Source: a phage
DNA: 64,000 nucleotides
Assembly: GCA_017822615.1 (NCBI GenBank)
Contig: GCA_017822615.1_4530.1
Reading direction: 5' to 3' (one strand)
Position numbers and translations under genes: made by a program
Notes under the pieces: model-generated
Told to the model about the DNA's origin: nothing
The model's database searches: none
Seen by the model: the letters and a program-made list of their open reading frames with translations, nothing else
Shown: one piece after another, positions 38,213 through 47,562 of the stretch
How positions within the stretch are numbered: the stretch's first letter is position 1
Layout of the letters: every line of letters starts with the position of its first letter

Positions 38213-38422
38213 TCAATATAGATCTAATGTTAGACTAACAGTTATCCAACAAACAATAGCAGTCCATATAACAAGTAATGATCTACAAACTACATTCCAT
38301 TCAAATACATTGTATGTTAACCATTCTCCCATCACAACACAAGAACCTAACCAACATCCGACAATAACTATAATCCAATAAAAGAATCCTACAGTAGAGT
38401 ATACAGCAAAAGCTTTTAACAT
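38213..38422 (-). CDS. small membrane protein
   Basis: Two hydrophobic segments; RBS ggaggaaag on reverse strand. Confidence 0.5.
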   Translation of the reverse strand: MLKAFAVYSTVGFFYWIIVIVGCWLGSCVVMGEWLTYNVFEWNVVCRSLLVIWTAIVCWITVSLTLDLY

Positions 38423-38835
38423 CTTTCCTCCAGAAGTTGTTCAACAGTTTGACGAGTATGATTGTCCCAGTAAACCTTAGTGAAGTCAAGAGTTCCTTGT
38501 TCGTTTCTCTTAGTTTCGAAGAAGTATCCGCCTTCTCTTTCTACTCTGTCTCTAATGTGCTCTATGAGGTGCTTTTTACAAGATGCTGATAAACAATAGT
38601 CATACTCCCCACGAAGCAATACTATAGCTGCAAGTCTGTTATCACCAACTTGGGATATTGTCCAAGAAAGCATACTACCTTTTATACCTAAAGGTGTTTG
38701 TCGAATGGAATATCCACCATGCCGACTGATAGAAATTATGGCAAGCTGTTCTCCTGTTAGAGATCTTCCTAATGCACCTTCTGTTGGACTTCCTTCAATA
38801 ATACTTTTGAAAAAAGCTTTGATCTTACCTAACAT
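38416..38835 (-). CDS. hypothetical protein
   Basis: ORF track. Confidence 0.55.
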   Translation of the reverse strand: MLGKIKAFFKSIIEGSPTEGALGRSLTGEQLAIISISRHGGYSIRQTPLGIKGSMLSWTISQVGDNRLAAIVLLRGEYDYCLSASCKKHLIEHIRDRVEREGGYFFETKRNEQGTLDFTKVYWDNHTRQTVEQLLEERC

Positions 38836-38853
38836 AAGTCCCCCCTTAAAAAT

Positions 38854-38988
38854 TTACTTGTTTAAAGTATCTCTTACTTGTTCTGCTTGACGTTTAGTAA
38901 TAAAAGTCCCAACCGAAACGTTAAACTCATTGACTACAGAGAACGATCCATCACGGTTCTCACGAATATTAAACAATTTCTTACTCAT
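38854..38988 (-). CDS. small hypothetical protein (44 aa)
   Basis: Reverse-strand ATG after gaaggaggtaga; not in track. Confidence 0.4.
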   Translation of the reverse strand: MSKKLFNIRENRDGSFSVVNEFNVSVGTFITKRQAEQVRDTLNK

Positions 38989-39184
38989 TTCTACCTCCTT
39001 CAATGCTTTGTGCCGTACCATCCCAAGCCATTAGAATGTTTTCCAATAGTTCACGAGGCTCTTTAAACCAAACTTCCATTTCATCAAGAATCTCGTCCGT
39101 GTCGTAAGTATAGCCTGGAACACCAAGTTCACATTTCTTAATATAACTTTCTAACCAACGATGATAAGTCTTAGCCCCATTCAT
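38981..39184 (-). CDS. hypothetical protein
   Basis: ORF track. Confidence 0.5.
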   Translation of the reverse strand: MNGAKTYHRWLESYIKKCELGVPGYTYDTDEILDEMEVWFKEPRELLENILMAWDGTAQSIEGGRNE

Positions 39185-39461
39185 ACTGTGCTACCTTTTC
39201 TTTTACCCAATCTACGCGATCTTTGTCATAATGTTGAGTGCCAAGAAAAAGACCATTGTGGAAGCTTTCAGCACCGAAAGGATAAATCGGATCTAAACCA
39301 TCTTCTTCAAATAACATTTTTAGTCTCTTTGATGTAGATTTCTTAGTCTCTGAATTGTAGCTTGTGGTTATAAGCCAGTCTTCCAAACAACGACACAAAC
39401 CTTGACGAGAGTCCCAAGGAAAAACACAATCTCCAACAGGAGCTTTTTCCGCCCATTCCAA
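39171..39461 (-). CDS. GLC/WVK paralog family member (N-terminal region in another frame)
   Basis: Carries GLCRCL, PFG and RVDWVKEK; the family N-terminal helix is encoded in the -1 frame upstream (ORF 39368..39508). Confidence 0.5.
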   Translation of the reverse strand: MEWAEKAPVGDCVFPWDSRQGLCRCLEDWLITTSYNSETKKSTSKRLKMLFEEDGLDPIYPFGAESFHNGLFLGTQHYDKDRVDWVKEKVAQYEWG

Positions 39462-39508
39462 CCAGCCTTTAAAAAGTTATACAATATGTAGTCTTCAGTG
39501 TAATACAT
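39368..39508 (-). CDS. small ORF with strong RBS; candidate frameshift partner of 39171..39461
   Basis: Reverse-strand AAGGAGG 5 nt before ATG at 39508; encodes MYYTEDYILYNFLKAGW...; track lists it from an upstream start. Confidence 0.4.
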   Translation of the reverse strand: MYYTEDYILYNFLKAGWNGRKKLLLEIVFFLGTLVKVCVVVWKTGL

Positions 39509-39559
39509 TAGCGCCTCCTTTACGTATACAATAACACCCCGCAGAACGGGGTGCAACTA

Positions 39560-40171
39560 TTATTTAATCTGTTTAAAAATTTCGTTTGGAACGGTACCGT
39601 TTAAAATACCTTCTACGATCTCTTGTGCAGATGTGTAAGAGAGTCCAAAAGAAGCTACGCCTAAAATTGCCTCCTTCAAAGGATCTGGCAGGGGTTCAAA
39701 ATTACCTGCAACAAAGCCACCTGCACAAGCAGCGCCTTCATCATCCCAGAAAACAACTGCTACATCGTTACCATGCGAAGTTGTGCGATGTGCAATAACT
39801 TCAACTTCGGTGCCTTCTTTAGGAACAGAATAAGAACTGTCCCAAGAATATCTTTCCAAATCAGGAACAAAGATAACCTTTTCACCTACTGGCGGCAGTT
39901 CACAACGATAATACCAAGAATTTTTTTCGTTCATTGCTTTATTTTCCTCCACGTCTTCAAAAGTAACGATCCAATCGTAGCCGTAAGAAAACGGATATTT
40001 TAGATCTAAAGAATAAGTTTGACCTAAATCGTCCTCAACAAGAACCATCCTGTCAAAGTTTGCGATGTTAGGATTATGTTTAATGACAGGGTATGTTTCC
40101 CCTACAGTAAATTGTCCTAAATGGTAAAGTTCATCTCTCCAAGTAATTTGGATATGAGTGCATTGAATCAT
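39560..40171 (-). CDS. hypothetical protein
   Basis: ORF track. Confidence 0.6.
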   Translation of the reverse strand: MIQCTHIQITWRDELYHLGQFTVGETYPVIKHNPNIANFDRMVLVEDDLGQTYSLDLKYPFSYGYDWIVTFEDVEENKAMNEKNSWYYRCELPPVGEKVIFVPDLERYSWDSSYSVPKEGTEVEVIAHRTTSHGNDVAVVFWDDEGAACAGGFVAGNFEPLPDPLKEAILGVASFGLSYTSAQEIVEGILNGTVPNEIFKQIK

Positions 40172-40175
40172 AAAA

Positions 40176-40448
40176 TCACCCCCAAGAAATATTTATATAT
40201 CTTACAATGTTTGCACTGTCTAAAGCCATGTTTGCACCACACCCACGCTCGCGCCAATAACTAACAATACCTTCACAGATACTCTCTTGTATCTTCTTAT
40301 CACTTGGCATTTCTAGTATAAGACTTGGGTTGTGGATGTTTATGTTATAATATCCTTCCTCTGCGGCTTGAGCTACCAATTTACTTACTTTTTCAAAGTA
40401 CGGGGAATTAGTGGCATCTGCCATTGTTTTTAAGGTTTGTCTATCCAT
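40176..40448 (-). CDS. hypothetical protein
   Basis: ORF track. Confidence 0.55.
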   Translation of the reverse strand: MDRQTLKTMADATNSPYFEKVSKLVAQAAEEGYYNINIHNPSLILEMPSDKKIQESICEGIVSYWRERGCGANMALDSANIVRYINISWG

Positions 40449-40846
40449 TATTCTGCCTCATCATAGAAGAAATCCAACTCTTGTTCCAGTTGTTTAACTC
40501 GCTCCTTAACCCACTGTACACGTTTTTCATTAAACATGCAACGTTTTTCCTTACACTCTTGCTCAAAAGATTTTGCTGTGTTAAACGGGAAAGTTGTATC
40601 TAAACCAGCATTTTCAAAACTGGCTAATTGCATACCATAAACAGAATATGCTAAAGAATGATCGGCTCGAAATTCATCACTTATATACATACGTAGACCT
40701 CGACATAAGCCAACATCAGCGTAACCACTTTCTCGTGGAAAGAGACGGAGGTGTTCTAACCAATTATTATAGAAATCTAAAAGAATCCTCTTACACTTCA
40801 AATCAATTGTCATAAAAAGTTTCTCCTTCATCGAACAAGTTGGCAA
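40448..40846 (-). CDS. GLC/WVK paralog family member
   Basis: LLDFYNNWL...GLCRGL...FPFN...RVQWVKERV. Confidence 0.6.
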   Translation of the reverse strand: MPTCSMKEKLFMTIDLKCKRILLDFYNNWLEHLRLFPRESGYADVGLCRGLRMYISDEFRADHSLAYSVYGMQLASFENAGLDTTFPFNTAKSFEQECKEKRCMFNEKRVQWVKERVKQLEQELDFFYDEAE

Positions 40847-41213
40847 GATTGTTCACCGCAATTTGGGTGGAAAGAAGACAACTGTTTGCAGACACATAAG
40901 CACGGGCTATTTTGTAAACATAAGCTTTCGTATTGCAATCTTCTAAAATCGGAAGACTTTCATCGATAGCATCTATAACACTAAACATCACATCTAAAAC
41001 TTTAATTGTAAGTATTGTATCTATATCTTCGTAACCTTTTTCAATCCGACCTGAATAGAAAGTATAGTCCTCAACAGTTCGTCGTTTAAATTGGCGCATA
41101 AAATCAGAACCATCTGTAGCAGAATTGAACAAATTTTCAAAAAATACCTCCCATCCGGCAAAAAGGGCTGACAGCATGATTAAGTGATCTACAGATTCAT
41201 TTTCTTGTTTCAT
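40803..41213 (-). CDS. hypothetical protein
   Basis: ORF track. Confidence 0.55.
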   Translation of the reverse strand: MKQENESVDHLIMLSALFAGWEVFFENLFNSATDGSDFMRQFKRRTVEDYTFYSGRIEKGYEDIDTILTIKVLDVMFSVIDAIDESLPILEDCNTKAYVYKIARAYVSANSCLLSTQIAVNNLANLFDEGETFYDN

Positions 41214-41221
41214 ATCCTCTC

Positions 41222-41899
41222 CTATTTAATGTTCAATCTAGCACACAAGCGAGAAACAGTTTTAGCATCCCACTTACCACCACGTGCTGTTGCGATTTTC
41301 TTACTATTGAATTTTTCAGCAATAGTTTTGTAAGGTGTATTTAAATCTCTAAGGATCTCCAAGCGTTCACGGAATGTCTCTGCAAAAGCGTCTGCTTTAA
41401 CAGAATTGTATTCCATTTTTCCTTTTCTACGTGCAGCGGCAGTTTTAGGATTAGCACTGCCTAATAAAACACCTTTGCTTTTTGCTACAGCAAGACCCTT
41501 TTTAATACGATCAGCAATACCTCTGACTTCTTGTTCAGCCAGAACAGACAGAAGCTGTATAACCATTTTATCTGCATCTGGCATGATGGCTATCTTAACA
41601 TCGATCATTTCTAGAAGAGTTGCTACGGAGGCGTTGTTACGACCCAAGCGGTCAACTTTAGCTACCAATAAAGTTGCTCCGGTAGCTTTACACATTTCAA
41701 CCGCTTTGACCAGTTCCTTACGTTGCTTCCAATCGCCCTTACCCGAATAGTATTCAGAAAATTGACCAATAACTTCAGCATCAGGCACAGAGTCTAAGAA
41801 GTAACGGATATCGTTCTCTTGGCTCTCCATACCATATTGTGCCTCACCTTTTTTCTGTTTAGAAAGACGACTGTAAACAACAAACTTTTTCATAACCAC
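41222..41899 (-). CDS. serine recombinase (resolvase/invertase family)
   Basis: YSRLS catalytic region, YYSGKG, LLVAKVDRLGRN, EQEVRGIADRIKKG; C-terminal HTH; reverse-strand TTGACA-17-TAAAGT upstream. Confidence 0.8.
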   Translation of the reverse strand: MVMKKFVVYSRLSKQKKGEAQYGMESQENDIRYFLDSVPDAEVIGQFSEYYSGKGDWKQRKELVKAVEMCKATGATLLVAKVDRLGRNNASVATLLEMIDVKIAIMPDADKMVIQLLSVLAEQEVRGIADRIKKGLAVAKSKGVLLGSANPKTAAARRKGKMEYNSVKADAFAETFRERLEILRDLNTPYKTIAEKFNSKKIATARGGKWDAKTVSRLCARLNIK

Positions 41900-41963
41900 T
41901 CCTAAACCATTGCTGTATTCTCACTTTACAAAACGAATAAACACTTGTCAAGGTATTTATTAT

Positions 41964-42176
41964 TTACAGCCATTCTACTTTTAAGCAGTATTCTTCGACA
42001 TGTTGTTTACGCTTGTTTTTGTCTATGTAAGTGTATTCAACAAATGTCCCAAGATAATCCTTGTCCACATTGTGTTGGCTATTAATTGGACATTTAGTAC
42101 GACAAACCCGTTGCCACTGACGAAGAATTACGGCTTTGTTTTTAGGATCAAAGGGATGAGGGTAATGTGCCTTCAT
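41964..42176 (-). CDS. hypothetical protein
   Basis: ORF track. Confidence 0.5.
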   Translation of the reverse strand: MKAHYPHPFDPKNKAVILRQWQRVCRTKCPINSQHNVDKDYLGTFVEYTYIDKNKRKQHVEEYCLKVEWL

Positions 42177-42500
42177 TCACGCCTCCTGTTTTAGTCGAAA
42201 AATATTTTGAATAACGAGAGATGTATAGTTATCACTTAGTCCCATAAGTTCTACTTCCAAGTTTCGAATATCTTCCACCGTAGGAGGATATGTTGGTAAA
42301 AATGCTTGAGCATTACCAGATCCAACCTCATTGCTGTAAGCAGTTGTAAAATTGTAAGATACAAAACATGAAACACCTTTTTGTCGGTACCCGATTAATC
42401 GACGAATACACCAGATAAGAGCCAAACCTATGAGAACACCTCCTAAACCAGCTAACAAGAAAGATAAGTTCATAATAGCTTCGTTAACAACTGCTTGCAT
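42177..42500 (-). CDS. membrane protein
   Basis: Hydrophobic LSFLLAGLGGVLIGLALIWCI. Confidence 0.55.
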   Translation of the reverse strand: MQAVVNEAIMNLSFLLAGLGGVLIGLALIWCIRRLIGYRQKGVSCFVSYNFTTAYSNEVGSGNAQAFLPTYPPTVEDIRNLEVELMGLSDNYTSLVIQNIFRLKQEA

Positions 42501-42510
42501 TCTTTTCTCC

Positions 42511-42858
42511 TTAGTTATGTAAACCCAAATGTGCTACAACTTCTCTACGATAAGATAACTGCATAGCGATTTTATAGCCAGGATGAAAACCATTTACATC
42601 AATGTCATCAAACCAAACCTCAAATGAACCGTGTTTAAGAGTCATTAAGTTAATATACCATTCAATAGTATAATGATCGTTAGCAATACCTTCGATGTAA
42701 AATTCTCGACAACAGTGAGATAAATCTTCACTTGTTTCACGTTTCCAGTCTTTGATAGCACCCTTCTCTTTGGCTTTATTCAGAATGTGGATCAGGTCTT
42801 CAACTTGCATATTCTCTCCTTTAGTTCCAACTAATAATGATGTGTTTGATAATCCCAA
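42511..42858 (-). CDS. hypothetical protein
   Basis: ORF track. Confidence 0.55.
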   Translation of the reverse strand: MGLSNTSLLVGTKGENMQVEDLIHILNKAKEKGAIKDWKRETSEDLSHCCREFYIEGIANDHYTIEWYINLMTLKHGSFEVWFDDIDVNGFHPGYKIAMQLSYRREVVAHLGLHN

Positions 42859-43375
42859 AAATACTGTGCTCTGCGGTTGCCAATGTTACATCCAAACCTT
42901 TTGCACGTAGTATTGTAGCTACAACATTTGCCCCTCTTTTCTGTTCACTTATCTGTTCATAAGAAGAAGGGTTATTGCACAAACCAAAACTGGAAGGTTC
43001 AAAGTATTTTTCAAACTTCCCTTGTTCCGCACAATCTTCAATCTCTAATAGAACGGCGTCTACCATTTCAGTAAAATGGGAATTTGCTTGCAGTGCTTTA
43101 TTACGCAGTTTATCACGTAAACTTCCCGTAGATTCTTCCTGCTCTTCTGTCTGTCCATCTTCACAGAAAGGATGAAGTTCAGCCCAGTCCCAAGCATCTC
43201 CTTCTAAAGCAAATGGAGTGTTGTAATTGAAGAAAGTGCAGCGCGGATATTCCCCGTTGAAAGAATCTTTCAGCAGGATATATTTCTTACCGTTTGCATG
43301 GAAGAGTTCTCCTTTGATAACCTTACCTACAAGGATATCACTGTTAGTGGAACGGGTGCAAATAAACTTTTTCAT
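42821..43375 (-). CDS. hypothetical protein
   Basis: ORF track. Confidence 0.6.
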   Translation of the reverse strand: MKKFICTRSTNSDILVGKVIKGELFHANGKKYILLKDSFNGEYPRCTFFNYNTPFALEGDAWDWAELHPFCEDGQTEEQEESTGSLRDKLRNKALQANSHFTEMVDAVLLEIEDCAEQGKFEKYFEPSSFGLCNNPSSYEQISEQKRGANVVATILRAKGLDVTLATAEHSIFGIIKHIIISWN

Positions 43376-43429
43376 GATTTTCTCCTCTCTGTTTCGATGA
43401 GATGATTATGACAAAGACAGATCCTTCTG

Positions 43430-43756
43430 TCAACCAATTATTTCTTCTGCTACACGTTCTTTTACCCAGTTCACACGATCCATATTCAAATGACAGCGGC
43501 TTTTTTCCGCTTCTAAGGTGTACTTTCCAAAATTACTGTTGAAAGGCAACACCATAACCAAATCTTTGCGGTAGAACTGCTCATGCATTTCATCCAGTAC
43601 AGGTTCGTATCGTTCGCTTTCCCCCATATCGTAAAAATCATAGAGGTTAGAGCACAAACCTGTGCAACGGGTGAACGGTTCACCTTCAGGAGCACCAGCT
43701 TCCAACCATGCCAAATACGTGCGGTAAAATGTTAATAGTTCTTCGCTCATTTCCAC
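43430..43756 (-). CDS. GLC/WVK paralog family member
   Basis: LTFYRTYLAWLEAGAPEG...GLCSNL...LPFN...RVNWVKERV. Confidence 0.65.
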   Translation of the reverse strand: MEMSEELLTFYRTYLAWLEAGAPEGEPFTRCTGLCSNLYDFYDMGESERYEPVLDEMHEQFYRKDLVMVLPFNSNFGKYTLEAEKSRCHLNMDRVNWVKERVAEEIIG

Positions 43757-43962
43757 TCTCCTTCATGTTTTTTAATATCATAGGAGTAGTATTCAAACAT
43801 ACTCATGCTCACCACACCTGCCATCTCTAAACAAAGAGGTTTGTCATTATAGAAGGCACTTACTGCTCTTCCTGCTTTGTGTGCTGCTTCTTCGGAATCG
43901 CAACCACAAACATTATGCACCCAAGAACCTGGACCATCATATTTAAGACGGACAATCCACAT
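43747..43962 (-). CDS. hypothetical protein
   Basis: ORF track. Confidence 0.55.
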   Translation of the reverse strand: MWIVRLKYDGPGSWVHNVCGCDSEEAAHKAGRAVSAFYNDKPLCLEMAGVVSMSMFEYYSYDIKKHEGEWK

Positions 43963-43964
43963 GG

Positions 43965-44192
43965 TTATTCCTCCATCTCAAACCATTCAGGGAACACTTT
44001 GCGGAAGACCCGCGTGTTTTCTAAGAGAAATGCCAACTCTTTTTCCAAATCTGCGTTCCAACCGTTTATTTTAACACGGATTGCCAATGCACTTGCACGG
44101 CGACTTAATTCTTGACAGATTGGATCACGCAGAACTATTGAATCATAAAACTGACAAACAGCTTCAAGTTCATACCAGTTATAATCCGACAT
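43965..44192 (-). CDS. hypothetical protein
   Basis: ORF track. Confidence 0.55.
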   Translation of the reverse strand: MSDYNWYELEAVCQFYDSIVLRDPICQELSRRASALAIRVKINGWNADLEKELAFLLENTRVFRKVFPEWFEMEE

Positions 44193-44518
44193 TATTCATC
44201 CTCCTCTGCAATACGATTTCTTACCCAATTAATTCTGTCCACGTTCAGGTGACAGGCATCTGCATCTGACTCTAAGACATATGCATCGTAGTTCTCATTG
44301 AAAGGGAGTTCTTGATTCAACCCTTTATGGTAAAACTGTGCGTGCATTTCATCTGACAAGGTTGTTATAATGGGGTTGTAATTACCTCTGTGCACATAAT
44401 CGAACAAGTTGGCACACAAACCACAATCCCGCCGAAAAGGTTTACCATCAGGAGCACCAACATCAATCCATGCTAGATAAATTTTATAAAACTCCATCAA
44501 CCTTGCGCTTGTTTTCAT
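44192..44518 (-). CDS. GLC/WVK paralog family member
   Basis: MEFYKIYLAWIDVGAPDG...GLCANL...LPFN...RINWVRNRI. Confidence 0.65.
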   Translation of the reverse strand: MKTSARLMEFYKIYLAWIDVGAPDGKPFRRDCGLCANLFDYVHRGNYNPIITTLSDEMHAQFYHKGLNQELPFNENYDAYVLESDADACHLNVDRINWVRNRIAEEDE

Positions 44519-44756
44519 TTAGCCACCTCGTTAGTTTTTCTTGCTCTTTGTTTGCGCGTTCTAAGCTTCTGAACTTTAAACAGAGGGAACGAGAATCCCT
44601 ACCCATGCACAAGCTTTCATCTAAGCTGTGCTCCCCAACCAACCAAAGAGAGTATGTTTGAACATCTAACCCATAGTTTCTGTCTTTCCATAATCTCACC
44701 CCAAGAACATCAAAAGGAGCTTCCGCGACTAAAGAAAGAAACCGATCTTTATTCAT
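44484..44756 (-). CDS. hypothetical protein
   Basis: ORF track. Confidence 0.5.
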   Translation of the reverse strand: MNKDRFLSLVAEAPFDVLGVRLWKDRNYGLDVQTYSLWLVGEHSLDESLCMGRDSRSLCLKFRSLERANKEQEKLTRWLNENKRKVDGVL

Positions 44757-44818
44757 ATTACACCACCTTGCTCACGTTGATAATGTATGTATACCATACA
44801 TAAAATAAATGTCAAGGC

Positions 44819-45019
44819 TTATCGACACAGATAGTTGTAACGATCTGCTTTATCCTCGGCTTCAGCAAAGTCAGCAATCAAGGAAGTTTTGAGTTCTTCC
44901 AACTCTTTCACCCAAGAGTCGTAATCGTTCTGTGTTTCTCCAATAGTTTGGAGAAAACAATCGTCGTAGCCAATAGACATGGCTAACTCGATAATACGTT
45001 CCAGTTTTTCTTCCATCAC
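44819..45019 (-). CDS. hypothetical protein
   Basis: ORF track. Confidence 0.5.
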   Translation of the reverse strand: MMEEKLERIIELAMSIGYDDCFLQTIGETQNDYDSWVKELEELKTSLIADFAEAEDKADRYNYLCR

Positions 45020-45498
45020 TTCTCTCCTTCTACAGACTTCTGTTTAACATAAAAGTAAGCACCACGAGCAAGATACAAATCATGTTCAATATCGCTCACA
45101 GGAAAACCATCTGGATTTTTAAAACCATCTTCTACAGCCAAAATGAGAGATCGTAAACTGATAGCTAACAACTCCATTTGATCTTGTAGTTTTCTATTTT
45201 CTGCGTAAAGGTTTTTGCATTTTTGTTCTGCATTTTTCCATTGTTCTAATGCATGATCATAGCGGTGCATAAGAATAGCTTTTTCTTGTTCACGCTTAAA
45301 AGTTTCTTCGCAAATGAAACCTGTGCCTAAACCAGTTTCTTCGTCTTTGACAAACACTTCAACAAAATCTTTAGACATATTATCTCCTATTTGCTTTCGG
45401 ATACTCCCAACCCTCTGGGAGATCTTCTTTACACATCCACTCAAAAGGCCAGCGACAATAACTGTGCCACTTTCCATTGAGATACAAACAATCTTCAT
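45016..45498 (-). CDS. hypothetical coiled-coil protein
   Basis: ORF track. Confidence 0.6.
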   Translation of the reverse strand: MKIVCISMESGTVIVAGLLSGCVKKISQRVGSIRKQIGDNMSKDFVEVFVKDEETGLGTGFICEETFKREQEKAILMHRYDHALEQWKNAEQKCKNLYAENRKLQDQMELLAISLRSLILAVEDGFKNPDGFPVSDIEHDLYLARGAYFYVKQKSVEGEK

Positions 45499-45643
45499 CT
45501 ACTGGTCCACAAGGGTTGATAACTACAACACACCCTTTTGCTCGCCAATATTGAACTATTTCAGGGTAAAAACAAGAAACGTCGGTCCACTCCCAAATAC
45601 GCTCATCATTCAAACGATATGCTGCTGGTAATGTTTCTTCCAT
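45380..45643 (-). CDS. hypothetical protein
   Basis: ATG at 45643 chosen so it does not overlap 45648..46103; track start 45670. Confidence 0.5.
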   Translation of the reverse strand: MEETLPAAYRLNDERIWEWTDVSCFYPEIVQYWRAKGCVVVINPCGPVDEDCLYLNGKWHSYCRWPFEWMCKEDLPEGWEYPKANRR

Positions 45644-45647
45644 ATTG

Positions 45648-46103
45648 TTAAACCTGAACCAAGGAGTCACGCCAATTAAGGTTGTTTCCTTCTCCTAAAT
45701 ACCAGCAATCTGCAACATTAAAAACTTCATAAGGAATACGCCACGCATAAGCGAAATCTGGAATCTCCGGTTTATGAGTGTAACCATAACGCTCGCCACT
45801 CGAATCTGTTGCAATATAATTAACAAATTCAGGAACATCTAAAGTTTCACCTTGATACTCTACACGCTTGAAGCCATCTTCCACTTCTTTCTCACCTTCA
45901 ACCAGACAAGCAAGAAGTTTGATGTGAGGGCAAGTGAAATCTTGTCCTGGATAACGTGAACGGATATCAGTTAACAATGCGATCACAGCATCCGATAACT
46001 CTTTATAATCCTCATATTTTACAAATGTGCCTTCTGTCGGATCATCAGGACACAAACGCCAAACATCGTTGCAGTTTACAGCATAATGTCTTATTTTAGT
46101 CAT
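45648..46103 (-). CDS. hypothetical protein
   Basis: ORF track. Confidence 0.6.
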   Translation of the reverse strand: MTKIRHYAVNCNDVWRLCPDDPTEGTFVKYEDYKELSDAVIALLTDIRSRYPGQDFTCPHIKLLACLVEGEKEVEDGFKRVEYQGETLDVPEFVNYIATDSSGERYGYTHKPEIPDFAYAWRIPYEVFNVADCWYLGEGNNLNWRDSLVQV

Positions 46104-46175
46104 AAATACCTCTATTCATATATTAAGAAACCCAAAATAATAACCAGAACAACGAAAATGATAGTCTCTATCATA

Positions 46176-46424
46176 TTACCAAGCTGCCACTACCCCAGTG
46201 CGTAGGGTTTCTTCATACCCCCAAATATCTGCACTAAGAGCAACAGCGGTCCATTCTGGGGACCAAGTAAAACCCAACAGGTCTGTCATCTTTTCAGCAT
46301 CTTTTTTAATGCTTTCTTCATCAGAGAAAACACGGTAAAGATCTTCCAACTCTTTTGTAATCTCTACACGTTCTTCTTCGGTAATCGGTGTTCCTACACG
46401 ATCAGTAGTAAAAACATTCAGCAT
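46176..46424 (-). CDS. hypothetical protein
   Basis: ORF track. Confidence 0.55.
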   Translation of the reverse strand: MLNVFTTDRVGTPITEEERVEITKELEDLYRVFSDEESIKKDAEKMTDLLGFTWSPEWTAVALSADIWGYEETLRTGVVAAW

Positions 46425-46433
46425 AATATCCCC

Positions 46434-46832
46434 TTATCGTTGCGTACAATCAGCTTCTAGAGTAAGAACATTCGTTATTGTTTTATCATTTTTTAGAAAT
46501 GCAAACCAAGCCAAAGTGTCTCGATACTCTGTGCGCATCATCACAACTTCAGTAGTGCCAATAAACTGCTGTGAACCGTACATAGAACTTCCATCTTTAC
46601 TCTTTCCTCCTGTGTTTTGAAGAATACCGCTCATCAAAGCACCACCCGAATTTTTAAGGATAAAAGAGTTATCTTTATTAATGACAACAGAAGCCATTTT
46701 CTTAGGACCAGAAATCACTTCACCTTTCAGATTTTTAACAACTACATCTGATACACACTCATAAACTTGAGACGCACTTGCTGTTCCAAGTGATGCAATG
46801 AGTAACAAGAAACCTACGATGATCTTTTTCAT
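46434..46832 (-). CDS. secreted protein with signal peptide
   Basis: Internal start MKKIIVGFLLLIASLGTASASQ is signal-peptide-like; track start 46907. Confidence 0.55.
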   Translation of the reverse strand: MKKIIVGFLLLIASLGTASASQVYECVSDVVVKNLKGEVISGPKKMASVVINKDNSFILKNSGGALMSGILQNTGGKSKDGSSMYGSQQFIGTTEVVMMRTEYRDTLAWFAFLKNDKTITNVLTLEADCTQR

Positions 46833-46927
46833 ATAAACTCTCCTCTTTATTTGCCCGACGCGCCCCTGTTGGGCGGAAAGGGTTGTACGCAAAATTTTTA
46901 GCTCCAATCGTCGGGTGTCCCGACTCC

Positions 46928-47134
46928 TTACGCTTTTAATGTTTTAACAGAATGACAAGCTTTGCAAACAATAACCGGAACAAGTTCATCTCCATTATCC
47001 GCATAAATCACTGTTTTCTTCATTCTGCCACCGCATGAACAATACTCTGTATGATCCGCAGGAATATTAAATATTCCGTAATCACTTTCATACTGTTTCT
47101 TACATATGGACACTGCTTTCGTAAAACAAGACAT
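46928..47134 (-). CDS. small zinc-ribbon protein
   Basis: CSCGG...CKAC cysteine pairs. Confidence 0.5.
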   Translation of the reverse strand: MSCFTKAVSICKKQYESDYGIFNIPADHTEYCSCGGRMKKTVIYADNGDELVPVIVCKACHSVKTLKA

Positions 47135-47136
47135 GC

Positions 47137-47358
47137 CTACTCCGCAAGAACCTTCACTTCGTCAGAGAAGAATACGTAATCACAACCTTCCCAAACATCT
47201 TCTTCAAACCACTCCCATCCCTCGACTTTGGACATTTCTTCTATCGTAACAAAGAATGTTGTCATATCATCGCTAACAAGATGTGCTTCAACAACAAAAG
47301 GAATCTGAACATTCTCAAAACCAACATAACCCAATACATCACAAACTCTAATTTTCAT
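47137..47358 (-). CDS. hypothetical protein (MKIRV/DYVFF pair, member 1)
   Basis: Shares MKIR..., EGWEWFEED..., DYVFF with 50650..50880. Confidence 0.55.
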   Translation of the reverse strand: MKIRVCDVLGYVGFENVQIPFVVEAHLVSDDMTTFFVTIEEMSKVEGWEWFEEDVWEGCDYVFFSDEVKVLAE

Positions 47359-47359
47359 A

Positions 47360-47560
47360 TTATGCTCCTTTGTAGATTATGTTGGTGCGTTCACACTCTG
47401 CCACCAGCAAGCGATTAGCAATGTTGTCCATAGGAACATCAATCTCTACGCTCCAAGCGTTGATATACACTTCTTCAATCTTTGCTCCAAGCATTTGTGC
47501 GATCAGAGCAACAGCGCCAGCATACTCAAGTTTAATCTCAATTACCATTTTGCACCTCAA
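47360..47560 (-). CDS. hypothetical protein
   Basis: ORF track. Confidence 0.5.
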   Translation of the reverse strand: MRCKMVIEIKLEYAGAVALIAQMLGAKIEEVYINAWSVEIDVPMDNIANRLLVAECERTNIIYKGA

Positions 47561-47562
47561 GG

